Below, one piece after another: positions 50,779 to 60,550 of a stretch of 64,000 nucleotides of DNA. A program made the translations under genes and the position numbers. Source of the stretch: Thainema sp. (GTDB taxonomy: Bacteria > Cyanobacteriota > Cyanobacteriia > Phormidesmidales > Phormidesmidaceae); NCBI GenBank assembly GCA_052168235.1, contig JBQLZK010000026.1, positions 20,370 to 84,369 of the forward strand, read 5' to 3'. The notes below the pieces were generated by a model, which saw only the letters and a program-made list of their open reading frames with translations, did no database searches and was not told the DNA's origin. How positions within the stretch are numbered: the first letter of the stretch is position 1; each line of letters opens with the position of its first letter.

Positions 50779-52881
50779 ATGTCTGCAACAATTCGCGTCC
50801 TCATGTGTCCTCCCGATCACTACGATGTGGACTATGTAATTAATCCGTGGATGGAGGGCAACGTTCATAAATCATCCCGCGATCGCGCCGTCGAACAGTG
50901 GCAAGGACTGTTCCATATTCTGAAAGAACATGCCGTTGTTGATCTGGTCAAGCCCGAAAAAGGCTGGCCAGATATGGTGTTCACGGCCAATGCCGGACTC
51001 GTTTCTGATCAAACCGTCGTACTCAGCCGTTTTCTCCATCCCGAGCGCCAGGGCGAAGAGCCTTACTTCAAAGCCTGGTTTGAGCAAAATGGCTTTACCG
51101 TACACGAACTGCCAAAAGACCTGCCGTTTGAAGGTGCTGGCGATGCTCTCTTGGATCGAGAGGGCCGCTGGCTGTGGGCGGGATATGGCTTCCGGACGGA
51201 ACTCGATTCTCATTCCTACATCGCCAAGTGGCTGGATCTGGAAGTTCTATCGCTGCGTCTCGCCGATGAGCGGTTCTACCACTTGGACACCTGCTTCTGT
51301 CCATTGACCGACGGCTATTTGCTCTACTATCCGCCTGCCTTTGATGCCTACTCAAATCGGCTGATTGAAATGCGGGTGCCTGCCGAGAAGCGGATCGCCA
51401 TCGATGAACCCGATGCCGTCAACTTTGCCTGCAACGCGGTCAATGTGGATCGGATCGTGATTATGAACAAGGCCAGTGATCGCCTCAAGCAGCGGATGAC
51501 CGATCTCGGCTTCCAGATTATCGAAACACCGCTGACCGAGTTTCTGAAAGCAGGGGGCGCGGCCAAGTGCTTAACCCTCCGCACGACTGAACCGACCCAG
51601 GCCGAAATTCACGCTAATCAGCCTGTGGAAAGCCGCACGATTCGGCTGGAGGGTCACCTGCTCGACAGCGGCATTATCAATCGGGCGCTGGATTTGATTG
51701 TCGGGGCTGGCGGTAGTTTCCAGGTGCTGGATTTCCATCTGGGCGAACAGCGTCAGAGTACGTCGTCGGCCTCCGTGCGCGTCTCGGCTCCCTCCCGCGA
51801 GGCGATGGACGATATCATGGCTCAACTAATTGACATCGGGGCAGTAGCGCTGCCTAGTGAGGTGCAGAACGCCCAGCTTGAAACGGTGGCTAAAACCGGA
51901 GTTGCGCCTGATGACTTCTACGTCACCACGATTTACCCGACCGAAATTCTCCATCAAGGGGCATGGGTGCGGGTGCAGAACCAGCGGATGGATGGCGTCA
52001 TTGTCGTCAACGAAACGAATAGCGGTGTTGTGGCACGATGCAGTTTGCTGCGGGATTTGCAGGTCAATGACCGAGTCGTCGTTGGCGTGGAAGGCATTCG
52101 GACGGTTCGTAAAACCAGCGATCGCGACCAGAAAACCCAGGAATTTACCTTTATGGGTTCCGGTGTATCCAGCGAGCGCAAGGTTGAACTGGTGGTTGAA
52201 CAAGTTGCTTGGGAACTGCGCCGTCTGCGGGATCAGGGCGGCAAGGTCGTGGTTGTAGCTGGCCCAGTGGTGATTCACACGGGCGGTAGCGACCATCTCT
52301 CGCAGCTAATCCGCGAAGGCTACATTCAAGCGCTACTGGGTGGAAATGCGATCGCAGTTCATGACATTGAACAGTCGATGATGGGCACTTCCCTCGGCGT
52401 AGACATGAAGCTGGGCACAGCCGTGCGCGGTGGTCATCGTCACCATCTGAAGGTGATTAACGCCATCCGCAACTGCGGCAGCATTGCTCAAGCTGTTGAG
52501 CAGGGCGTGTTGACGCGCGGCATTTTCTACGAGTGCGTGCGCAACAACGTACCGTTTTCCTTGGCCGGATCAATCCGTGATGACGGCCCGCTGCCCGATA
52601 CCAAAATGGATTTGCTAGAAGCGCAGACCAATTACTCTCGCTTGGTGGAAGGCGCAGACATGATCCTGATGCTGTCTACCATGCTGCACTCCATTGGCGT
52701 CGGCAATATGACCCCCTCTGGCGTGAAGATGGTCTGCGTAGATATCAACCCTGCCGTTGTGACCAAACTTAGCGATCGCGGTTCAGTCGAATCCACAGGT
52801 GTTGTCACCGATGTCGGCCTGTTCCTCAGCCTACTGGTGAAGCAGCTCGATCGGCTCACCAAGCCGTTTGCCGTGATGTAA
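50779..52881 (+). CDS. argZ: Arginine dihydrolase ArgZ/AgrE
   Basis: Amidinotransferase N-domain (INPWM, DMVFTAN, EGAGD, YHLDT, GAAKCL) plus LOR/SDH-like domains (RMDG, GSIRDDGPL, VVTDVGLFL). Confidence 0.93.
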   Translation: MSATIRVLMCPPDHYDVDYVINPWMEGNVHKSSRDRAVEQWQGLFHILKEHAVVDLVKPEKGWPDMVFTANAGLVSDQTVVLSRFLHPERQGEEPYFKAWFEQNGFTVHELPKDLPFEGAGDALLDREGRWLWAGYGFRTELDSHSYIAKWLDLEVLSLRLADERFYHLDTCFCPLTDGYLLYYPPAFDAYSNRLIEMRVPAEKRIAIDEPDAVNFACNAVNVDRIVIMNKASDRLKQRMTDLGFQIIETPLTEFLKAGGAAKCLTLRTTEPTQAEIHANQPVESRTIRLEGHLLDSGIINRALDLIVGAGGSFQVLDFHLGEQRQSTSSASVRVSAPSREAMDDIMAQLIDIGAVALPSEVQNAQLETVAKTGVAPDDFYVTTIYPTEILHQGAWVRVQNQRMDGVIVVNETNSGVVARCSLLRDLQVNDRVVVGVEGIRTVRKTSDRDQKTQEFTFMGSGVSSERKVELVVEQVAWELRRLRDQGGKVVVVAGPVVIHTGGSDHLSQLIREGYIQALLGGNAIAVHDIEQSMMGTSLGVDMKLGTAVRGGHRHHLKVINAIRNCGSIAQAVEQGVLTRGIFYECVRNNVPFSLAGSIRDDGPLPDTKMDLLEAQTNYSRLVEGADMILMLSTMLHSIGVGNMTPSGVKMVCVDINPAVVTKLSDRGSVESTGVVTDVGLFLSLLVKQLDRLTKPFAVM

Positions 52882-52972
52882 TATCAAGTCCGTGTATAAG
52901 AGTTTGTGAAATGCTTGCTTCGCAAGCATTTCACAAACAATAAAATAACGGGTTTTCAAGGAGACTTCATAT
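52881..52972. mobile_element. MITE-like element with a hairpin core
   Basis: Terminal IR atatcaagtc / gacttcatat (9/10); internal perfect hairpin 52902-52938 with 17-bp arms. Confidence 0.5.
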
Positions 52973-52973
52973 A

Positions 52974-53121
52974 TAGCGATAGTCAGCAATCAGGATAGGG
53001 ATAAGTCATAGAACAAGAACAGGACTGATGGTTAACGTCAGTCCTGTTCTTTTAGTCAACGAGTCAACAAGATTGAACAATTTTGCTACTTGTTCGTCTA
53101 TGGAACTCATCGCAATCGCTA
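52974..53121. mobile_element. Second adjacent MITE-like element with a hairpin core
   Basis: Ends tagcgat / atcgcta; internal hairpin 53015-53051 with 16-bp arms. Confidence 0.35.
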
Positions 53122-53216
53122 AAAGAAAACTTTATTCAGTTTTGATAGGGTGCTGATTTGATCGATAGCCGTGTGAATGAGCGATTGCGATCGCAGTTTT
53201 TCCTATCTGAAAATCC

Positions 53217-53828
53217 ATGCTGAAATCAAACTGGTTCCGTACCGCCATTAGTTTAGGTTTGTTGGCGTTGATCGCACCTGTTGCCGATGCCTGCCCTGAG
53301 ATGAATCAACAAGCATCGACTCGATCGGTTTCGGTTGAGACTGCTCCGCCGATGCGGGTGGATGCTGTTCAGGTTGAAGCCGTTTCGACGACTGAACCGG
53401 GCGCACAAACGGTCTTAGCGACCACTCCGACCACTCCCACTTATTTAATTGAGCTGCTTAATTTGACCAATGCTGAACGTGAGCGCGCTGGATTAGCGCC
53501 CCTGAACCTGTCCGATAGCTTAACCAGTGCAGCTCAGCTCCATGCTGAAGATCTAGTGCGCAGCAGCAGCTTTAGCCATACTGGGTCAGACGGGTCACAG
53601 CCCAGCGATCGCGCTTTAGCGGCAGGGTATCCGTTCCGTTATGTAGGCGAAAATATTGCAGCAGGGGGTTCGACTGCTAGCGTCACCATGCAGCAGTGGA
53701 TGAATAGCGCCGGACACCGCGCCAATATTTTGAAGCCGGAATATACCGAAGTCGGCTTTGGCTATGTCGCTGATGCAAATGCACCCTATCGTCATTATTG
53801 GGTACAGGTGTTTGGCAGTCCGCGTTAA
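53217..53828 (+). CDS. Secreted CAP (SCP) domain protein
   Basis: Signal peptide; NAER, FSHTG, GENIA, WMNSAGHRANIL and YWVQVFG motifs. Confidence 0.93.
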   Translation: MLKSNWFRTAISLGLLALIAPVADACPEMNQQASTRSVSVETAPPMRVDAVQVEAVSTTEPGAQTVLATTPTTPTYLIELLNLTNAERERAGLAPLNLSDSLTSAAQLHAEDLVRSSSFSHTGSDGSQPSDRALAAGYPFRYVGENIAAGGSTASVTMQQWMNSAGHRANILKPEYTEVGFGYVADANAPYRHYWVQVFGSPR

Positions 53829-54000
53829 ACAGCCTTAAACCGCAGGGCGGACACATTCCGCCCTGCGGTGAAATATTTCGCAAATTGGGCGGTGGACTGT
53901 TAACGTCTACCAAGGGGCATCTCAATTTGGTCATTGGTTGGTCATTAATTGGTCATTTAACCAAATTTGTCGTGTTTGTTTCTGAGATTAAACGAAGCGC

Positions 54001-56481
54001 ATGAAAGCCCGTTTGCATTACCTTGTAGGAGTTGCCCTTACACTGGTTTGCTCCATCCCAATGCCTGTGAATTCTCAATCCACTGCCCAATCGAATCCGC
54101 AATCCATGACGGCCCAATCGATCAATACCCAATCGACTTGGCAAAATCCCCCCGATCCAATTCCAGAACTGCTGGATGCCCGCTGGTTTCCAGCGGTTAA
54201 AGTTTCGCCTAATCGCCAATGGCTGGTGCGGTTAGAGCGTCCCACCCTACCTGCGATCGCAGAATTGGCGCAGCCTCGTGTGCAAGTGGCGGGCCTCCAG
54301 ATTGACCCAGCAACTCGAAGCTCCGCCATGAACTATACGCTGCGGGGCATAGAAATTCAGAATTTGACCACTGGCGAGATTCAACCCGTTGATCTACCTG
54401 AGGATGCTCAAATTGATCATCTGCACTGGTCACCCGACGGCAATCATTTAGCCTTTACGCTGACCAAACCGAACGGGTTGGAGCTGTGGGTGCTTGATCT
54501 GCCAGCCGCCAAAGCCCAGCAGTTAACGCCGCCGATCTTGAACGCGACCTATGGCGAACCCTGCAAGTGGCTGTCGGCTGAAGCGGGACTGATCTGCAAA
54601 GTTGTGCCGGATAATCAGCCCGCTCCACCTGAAAAGCCGCTGGTTGCAGATGGCCCCCGCGTTGAGCAGAATCTGGGCCGCGAGGCTCCCAGCCGCACGT
54701 TTACTAATCTGCTGCAAAATCGTCACGATGAAGCACTGTTTGAGTATTACCTCACCTCAGCGCTGGAATTGGTCAGTCTCAACGGCGATCGCAAACGCCT
54801 GACTGCGCCCCAGCTAATCCAGTCCGTCACCGCTTCTCCTGATGGACAGTGGATTCTGCTGACGACGATTGAACGCCCTTTTTCCTACCAGGTGACCGTC
54901 CAGCAGTTCCCCAAGCGGGTTTCGGTGCTGAATTTAGAGGGCAAAGAAGTGTTCCGCGTGGCCGTTTTGCCCCTAGCCGATGACATTCCGGTAACGTTTG
55001 ACTCCCGCCGCACAGGTCGTCGGGTAGTTCACTGGCGCGGCGACCGACCCGCCACGCTCTACTGGGTGGAAGCCCTGGACGGAGGCGATGCGGAACGTCA
55101 GGTGGACAAGCGGGACGCCGTCTATCTGCTGGATGCGCCGTTTACCGATCCGCCCCAACTGCTGTGGCAAACGGATTTGCGCTACTACCAGATGTTCTGG
55201 GGCCACGATAATTTGGCGCTGGGCATGGAATATTGGTATGACTCGCGCCGCATTCGGACGTGGCAGATTGATCCGGCTGATCTCAGCGCAGCCCCGACTC
55301 TGCTGGAAGATCGCGATTTCCAGGATGCTTACAGCGATCCGGGTGAACCGATAACAGCTCCTGGCGTGTATGGTCACCACACTCTTATCCTGGCCCCAGA
55401 CGGCAACAGCATTTATTTCAAAGGGCGGGGGGCCTCACCTGAGGGCATCTATCCCTTTTTAGACCGCTGGAATTTGGCCACGGGCGGGCGGGATCGTCTC
55501 TGGCAGTCGACTGATCCCCAGTATGAGCAGGTGGTGGTGCTGTTTGATCCTGCCGCTGAGCAGATCATGACCTATCGGCAGTCTCAGGCGGAACCGCCCA
55601 ACTATTGGCGCGTGGATCTCGCTTCGGGTGAGCGGGAAGCGTTAACCAACTTTACTGACCCAATGCCCTGGTATGCCGACGTCAATTGGGAAGTGGTGCG
55701 CTATCAGCGAGCAGACGGTGTGGAACTCTCGGCCACGCTCTATCTGCCGCCAGGCTATGATCCCGCCAGCGATGGCCCTTTACCCACGGTGCTGTGGGCT
55801 TATCCCCAGGAATATAAGAGTCGCGATGCGGCTGCCCAAGTGACAACAGCAGAAAATGCGTTTAGCCGTCCCTATGGCTATTCACCGCTGCTGCTGCTCA
55901 CCCAGGGCTACGCGCTGATGATGGGGCCAACCATGCCGATTATCGGTGAGGGCAATGTTGAACCCAACGATACTTATCTGGAGCAGCTCAGCAGTAGTGC
56001 TGAAGCGGCAGTGAATTACCTAGTTGAACGGGGCATCAGCGATCCCGATCAAATTGCGATCGCAGGTCATTCCTATGGTGCCTTCACGGTTGCCAACTTA
56101 CTGGCCCACACGAATTTATTCCGGGCTGGTATTGCCAACAGCGGAGCCTACAACCGCACGCTCACCCCGTTTGGTTTCCAAGGTGAACAGCGCACGTTTT
56201 GGGATGCGCCGGAAACCTATATCAATATGTCGCCCTTTACTCATGCAGGCAAGATCAATGAACCGCTGCTGCTAATTCACGGCGCAGAAGACGAGAATCC
56301 CGGCACCTATCCCATTCAAAGTGAGCGGCTGTATGGTGCCATGCAGGGACTCGGCGGCACGGTGCGCTGGGTTGAGCTACCCCATGAAGGCCACGGTTAT
56401 CGATCGCGGGAGGCGATTGGGCATACGCTGTGGGAGATGACAAATTGGTTGGATAGGTATGTGAAAGAGGGTGAGGAGTGA
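54001..56481 (+). CDS. S9 family serine peptidase (prolyl oligopeptidase clan, glutamyl endopeptidase-like)
   Basis: Signal peptide, beta-propeller region, GHSYG, HGAEDEN and EGHGY catalytic motifs. Confidence 0.9.
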   Translation: MKARLHYLVGVALTLVCSIPMPVNSQSTAQSNPQSMTAQSINTQSTWQNPPDPIPELLDARWFPAVKVSPNRQWLVRLERPTLPAIAELAQPRVQVAGLQIDPATRSSAMNYTLRGIEIQNLTTGEIQPVDLPEDAQIDHLHWSPDGNHLAFTLTKPNGLELWVLDLPAAKAQQLTPPILNATYGEPCKWLSAEAGLICKVVPDNQPAPPEKPLVADGPRVEQNLGREAPSRTFTNLLQNRHDEALFEYYLTSALELVSLNGDRKRLTAPQLIQSVTASPDGQWILLTTIERPFSYQVTVQQFPKRVSVLNLEGKEVFRVAVLPLADDIPVTFDSRRTGRRVVHWRGDRPATLYWVEALDGGDAERQVDKRDAVYLLDAPFTDPPQLLWQTDLRYYQMFWGHDNLALGMEYWYDSRRIRTWQIDPADLSAAPTLLEDRDFQDAYSDPGEPITAPGVYGHHTLILAPDGNSIYFKGRGASPEGIYPFLDRWNLATGGRDRLWQSTDPQYEQVVVLFDPAAEQIMTYRQSQAEPPNYWRVDLASGEREALTNFTDPMPWYADVNWEVVRYQRADGVELSATLYLPPGYDPASDGPLPTVLWAYPQEYKSRDAAAQVTTAENAFSRPYGYSPLLLLTQGYALMMGPTMPIIGEGNVEPNDTYLEQLSSSAEAAVNYLVERGISDPDQIAIAGHSYGAFTVANLLAHTNLFRAGIANSGAYNRTLTPFGFQGEQRTFWDAPETYINMSPFTHAGKINEPLLLIHGAEDENPGTYPIQSERLYGAMQGLGGTVRWVELPHEGHGYRSREAIGHTLWEMTNWLDRYVKEGEE

Positions 56482-56775
56482 GGCGAGAGGAGTAAAGCGT
56501 TAAAAGTGCGATCGCATTTACATATCGTCTCAATACCAGAATGAGTGGTGGGGTTGCATTGAGGGAAAGTGCGATCGCATTAATACTGCCTTAGATGACA
56601 AGAAGGTTGTACGGAGACTCATCTGTGATGTGACGATGCAATTCACGATGATCAAAAGAAAATATGGCGATTTATTATAGTCGTCTTTGGTGAAGCCATA
56701 AATCCGAAAGCTCGATAAATAAGTGTTGGCTGTCAAGCTACAACTTAGGCAAAGCCAAGGTAGAATGTCCTGGCT

Positions 56776-58230
56776 ATGAGTAACACAACCCATGATATCG
56801 TCGCTAAACTCTGGAACCTCTGCAACATCCTTAAGGATGGGGCGATCGTTTATCACCAGTACGTAACCGAACTGACATATCTCCTTTTCTTGAAGATGGC
56901 AAAGGAGACAGAGATTGATCATCGGCTTCCAGCAGGGTATCGATGGGATGATCTTGAGACTCGCCAAGGAACTGAGCAACTTGAGTTTTACAAAGAGCTT
57001 TTAGAGCATCTGGGTCATGAAGGTTCGGTGATAGTTAAGGAAATTTTTGCTGACACCAGCACTAACATCAAAAAAGCCAATACCCTTAATACCTTAGTTA
57101 CTGAGATTGACAAGCTCGACTGGTACAACGCCAAGCGAGAGGGGATGGGCGACATCTATGAGGGGCTGTTAGAGAAAAACGCCAATGAAGCCAAGGCAGG
57201 AGCAGGGCAGTATTTTACGTCACGGGCGCTAATTGACAGCATGGTGCATGTAATGCGCCCAACTTTGAAGGATGTGATTCAAGATCCGGCGGCTGGAACT
57301 GGAGGGTTTCTGATTGCGGCAAATCGCTACATTTGCAAGCATGAAGATCCAAGCAGTTGGACGCAAGCTCAAAAAAAGAAGTACGAAACCGATACGTTCT
57401 ATGGCATGGAGTTTGTACCTGATACGTTTCGTATGGGATGTATGAATTTAATGCTGCATGGTATTGAATCTGATCCTGAACAGGCTGGAATGCGCTGTGG
57501 GGATACGCTGTCACCTGAAGGGCAAGCCTTACCACCAGCATCGCTTATGCTAACGAATCCGCCTTTTGGCAGTAAGAAGGGAGGCGGCATACCAGAGCGT
57601 CCAGATTTTGAATTTCCGACGAGTAACAAGCAGTTGTGTTTTTTGCAGCATATTTATCTTGGCCTAAAGCCAGGGGGACGGGCAGCCGCAATTTTTCCAG
57701 ACAATGTGCTTTTTGAAAGCAATGTGGGACGGCAGATCCGTCAGGATTTGATGGATAAATGCAACCTCCATACCATTTTGCGTTTACCGTCGGGTATTTT
57801 TTATGCTCAGGGTGTAAAAACTAACGTGTTGTTCTTTACCCGTGGCAAAAAGGCAACTGGTAATACGAAACAGGTTTGGGTTTATGACTTACGGACACAT
57901 GCGCCCCAGTTTGGCAAGCGGACATCTCTGACTAGTGAGTACTTTGAGCCATTTGAAAAGGTTTTTGGTGATGATCCGTTAGGGGGTGCTGCCAGTCTTG
58001 CCAAACGAAAAGACGAAGGAGAAAGCGGAAGATTCCGCAGTTTTTCGCGAGAGTGGATTGCTGAGCAGAGCGATAACTTAGATATCACCTGGCTGAATGG
58101 AGATCGCGAAGAAGAAGAAGAGGAGTTGCCAGATCCCGCGACTCTGGCTAAAGAAGCTATTACTGAGTTGGAGGGTGCTTTGGCAGAATTGCAAGGCATA
58201 TTAAAAGAACTGGGTGAGGAAATCGATTAG
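56776..58230 (+). CDS. hsdM: Type I restriction-modification methyltransferase subunit (EcoKI/type IA-like)
   Basis: DIVAKLWNLC, LPAGYRWDDL, GAGQYFT, DPAAGTGGFL, NPPF, PTSNKQLCF and LRLPSGIFYAQGVKTNVLFF motifs. Confidence 0.95.
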   Translation: MSNTTHDIVAKLWNLCNILKDGAIVYHQYVTELTYLLFLKMAKETEIDHRLPAGYRWDDLETRQGTEQLEFYKELLEHLGHEGSVIVKEIFADTSTNIKKANTLNTLVTEIDKLDWYNAKREGMGDIYEGLLEKNANEAKAGAGQYFTSRALIDSMVHVMRPTLKDVIQDPAAGTGGFLIAANRYICKHEDPSSWTQAQKKKYETDTFYGMEFVPDTFRMGCMNLMLHGIESDPEQAGMRCGDTLSPEGQALPPASLMLTNPPFGSKKGGGIPERPDFEFPTSNKQLCFLQHIYLGLKPGGRAAAIFPDNVLFESNVGRQIRQDLMDKCNLHTILRLPSGIFYAQGVKTNVLFFTRGKKATGNTKQVWVYDLRTHAPQFGKRTSLTSEYFEPFEKVFGDDPLGGAASLAKRKDEGESGRFRSFSREWIAEQSDNLDITWLNGDREEEEEELPDPATLAKEAITELEGALAELQGILKELGEEID

Positions 58231-58242
58231 GAGAGAATAGCC

Positions 58243-58488
58243 GTGATGGAAAGCATTAAGGTTCGCCAATGGGTTGGTCAAGACGGCATTTTGCATCTGG
58301 ATATTCCGGTTGGCTTAGCTGACCGAGATGTGGAAGTAATGGTGATTTATCAAGCTGTTCAATTGAATACTTCTAATGAGCTGTCTCTAGAAGGTCTTTA
58401 TGGCATTTGTGCGGATGATCCGATCAGTGTGGATGAGTCCGGCATTGCGGATGCTTTAGACGAAGACCTGACGGGAGCGTTTGAGTAA
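58243..58488 (+). CDS. Putative antitoxin
   Basis: About 80 aa with a beta-rich N-terminus (VGQDGILHLDIP) and acidic tail; ends 2 nt before a PIN toxin gene. Confidence 0.65.
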   Translation: MMESIKVRQWVGQDGILHLDIPVGLADRDVEVMVIYQAVQLNTSNELSLEGLYGICADDPISVDESGIADALDEDLTGAFE

Positions 58489-58490
58489 GC

Positions 58491-58898
58491 ATGCGCTATC
58501 TGTTGGATACGAATGTCTGCGTGGTGTATCTGAATGGTCGTTCACCATCAGTACGAGATCGCTTGTTGGCTACCCCGGCTGAGGATATTGCGGTTTGCTC
58601 GGTCGTGAAGGCGGAACTGTTTTATGGTGCTTTTCGGAGCAATAACCCAAAGCGGACGCTGGAGCGGCAGCAAGTATTTTTATCTCGTTTTGTCTCGTTA
58701 CCATTTCAAGATGAGGCAGCTTTGTTGGCAGGTGAGATTAGGGCAAAATTAGCGAGTGCAGGAATTCCGATTGGGTCTTATGATTTGCAGATTGCCGCGA
58801 TCGCTGTGGTAAACAATCTGACTTTAGTGACTCACAACACGCGAGAGTTTGAGCGAGTTGAGGGACTACAGATTGAAGATTGGGAGACTGCAATTTGA
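58491..58898 (+). CDS. vapC: VapC family PIN-domain toxin
   Basis: YLLDTN, AELFYG, IGSYDLQIAAIA and LVTHNTREF..V.GL.IEDW motifs. Confidence 0.93.
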   Translation: MRYLLDTNVCVVYLNGRSPSVRDRLLATPAEDIAVCSVVKAELFYGAFRSNNPKRTLERQQVFLSRFVSLPFQDEAALLAGEIRAKLASAGIPIGSYDLQIAAIAVVNNLTLVTHNTREFERVEGLQIEDWETAI

Positions 58899-60550
58899 GT
58901 AATCTTCCAGAAAATTGGGTCAGAACTACCTTCGGAAGTCTCTGCGATGGTGGCCAATATGGGTGGACGACTAGAGCTTCAGATCAGGGCTCTGTCAAAT
59001 TTCTACGAACTACTGATATTACTAAAGGTGAAATCGACTGGTCATCAGTACCATACTGCCAAGAAAATCCTGTAGATACTGATAAGTATCTAATTGACAA
59101 AGACGACATTTTAATATCACGGTCTGGTTCTGTAGGTTTCAGTACTTTGATTAGTGAGGTTCCGTTCCCAACAGTCTTTGCATCGTATCTCATTCGTTTT
59201 GTACCCTCAAAAAATATTGACGCAAGATATGTAGCATATTTTTTGAAGTCCTCAGACTATTGGCAACAGATTTCTGAGGCAGCTTCAGGAATTGCTGTGT
59301 CTAATGTTAATGCCAAGAAGCTTGCAGGTATCAGTACGCCACTTGCCCCTGAAAATGAGCAAAAACGAATTGTTGACAAGCTTGACAATTTGTTTGCGCG
59401 AGTGAATGCGTGTCGCGATCGGCTTGCACGTATTCCGAGCATTCTTAAAAAATACAGACAAGCTGTTTTGAGAGCTGCAATGTCAGGTGAATTAACTGAA
59501 GATTGGAGACAAGCAAATCCTGACTTTGAGCCGAATTCTGATCTATTTTTGTCGCTTCAAAATAGATACGGAGGTGAGAGAAGTAAAGGACGCGTTTCTC
59601 TAGCGGATAACCATCCTGAACTTTTACTTCCTGAAAACTGGTTGTATGTTCCGATAAAAGCTGTCGGAGAAGTCTTCTTAGGACGTCAAAGATCTCCGAA
59701 GAATCATAATGGTCCACATATGCGCTCGTACATTAGAGCTGCAAATATTACTTGGAAGGGATTAGATTTATCAGATGTAAAAGAGATGAATTTTGATCCC
59801 TCTGATTTTGAGCGGTTTAAACTACAAGTCGGCGACGTTTTAGTCAATGAAGGCTCTGGTAGTGCTGAAGAAGTAGGAAAGCCAGCAATATGGAACGGAG
59901 AGATTGAAAACTGTTGCTTTCAGAATACGCTGATTTGCGTTCGCCCTTTCGAAAACATGTCAGAATATCTATATTATGTATTCTTGAATGCAGCTCTCTC
60001 TAAAGATTTCATAAAAGAAACTCGCGGTATTGGGATTCATCACCTTGGAAAAACAAGGTTTGCTGCGTTTAGAATCTTCCTTCCTCCGCTTAAAGAGCAA
60101 CAAGAAATTGTTCGTCGAGTCAAACATTTGTTCGCCTATACAGATAGGTTGGAGGCATACTACCAAAAAGCTTCATACAAAGCAGAGCGAATCACAACTG
60201 CTTTGCTCAATAAAGCTTTTCGAGGAGAATTGACACAACAAGATATCAATGAAGAATCTGCATCCACTTTATTAAAAAGAATCCAAGCTGAGAAAGCAGC
60301 TAAACCCAAAAAAGTTTTGGTCAATAGGAAGCCTAAAATGCCTAAAATAACAGAAGATTATGTCAAAGAAGTTATTTCCCAGCTGCCGAAAGAAGTATTT
60401 TCCTTTGATAACCTGCGTGAGAGATTGTCAGGCGACTATGATCTCATCAAAGATATTTTGTTTGCATTACTAGAAACTCCTGACTCATGCATAGTTCAGG
60501 TATTTAATCAAGAAGCGCAGACCATGCAGTTTGTCAGGAGTGATAAATGA
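58895..60550 (+). CDS. hsdS: Type I restriction-modification specificity subunit with an extra C-terminal domain; likely TTG start overlapping the vapC stop
   Basis: LPENW starts each of two TRDs; conserved PLAP..EQKRIV and PPLKEQQEIV...AFRGEL helices; about 70 additional C-terminal residues. Confidence 0.92.
   Translation: MSNLPENWVRTTFGSLCDGGQYGWTTRASDQGSVKFLRTTDITKGEIDWSSVPYCQENPVDTDKYLIDKDDILISRSGSVGFSTLISEVPFPTVFASYLIRFVPSKNIDARYVAYFLKSSDYWQQISEAASGIAVSNVNAKKLAGISTPLAPENEQKRIVDKLDNLFARVNACRDRLARIPSILKKYRQAVLRAAMSGELTEDWRQANPDFEPNSDLFLSLQNRYGGERSKGRVSLADNHPELLLPENWLYVPIKAVGEVFLGRQRSPKNHNGPHMRSYIRAANITWKGLDLSDVKEMNFDPSDFERFKLQVGDVLVNEGSGSAEEVGKPAIWNGEIENCCFQNTLICVRPFENMSEYLYYVFLNAALSKDFIKETRGIGIHHLGKTRFAAFRIFLPPLKEQQEIVRRVKHLFAYTDRLEAYYQKASYKAERITTALLNKAFRGELTQQDINEESASTLLKRIQAEKAAKPKKVLVNRKPKMPKITEDYVKEVISQLPKEVFSFDNLRERLSGDYDLIKDILFALLETPDSCIVQVFNQEAQTMQFVRSDK

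Larger units (their letters stand above)
1121..56580. repeat. Dispersed HIP1 octamer GCGATCGC (often TGCGATCGCA), dozens of copies
   Basis: Seen for example at 1121, 1524, 56508 and 56571 and throughout core genes; a cyanobacterial hallmark. Confidence 0.95.

Noticed and set aside
56482..56775. hsdR remnant, or the 149-aa antisense ORF 56530-56979
   Set aside because: No helicase or nuclease motifs were recognised; the ORF is largely the antisense shadow of hsdM.
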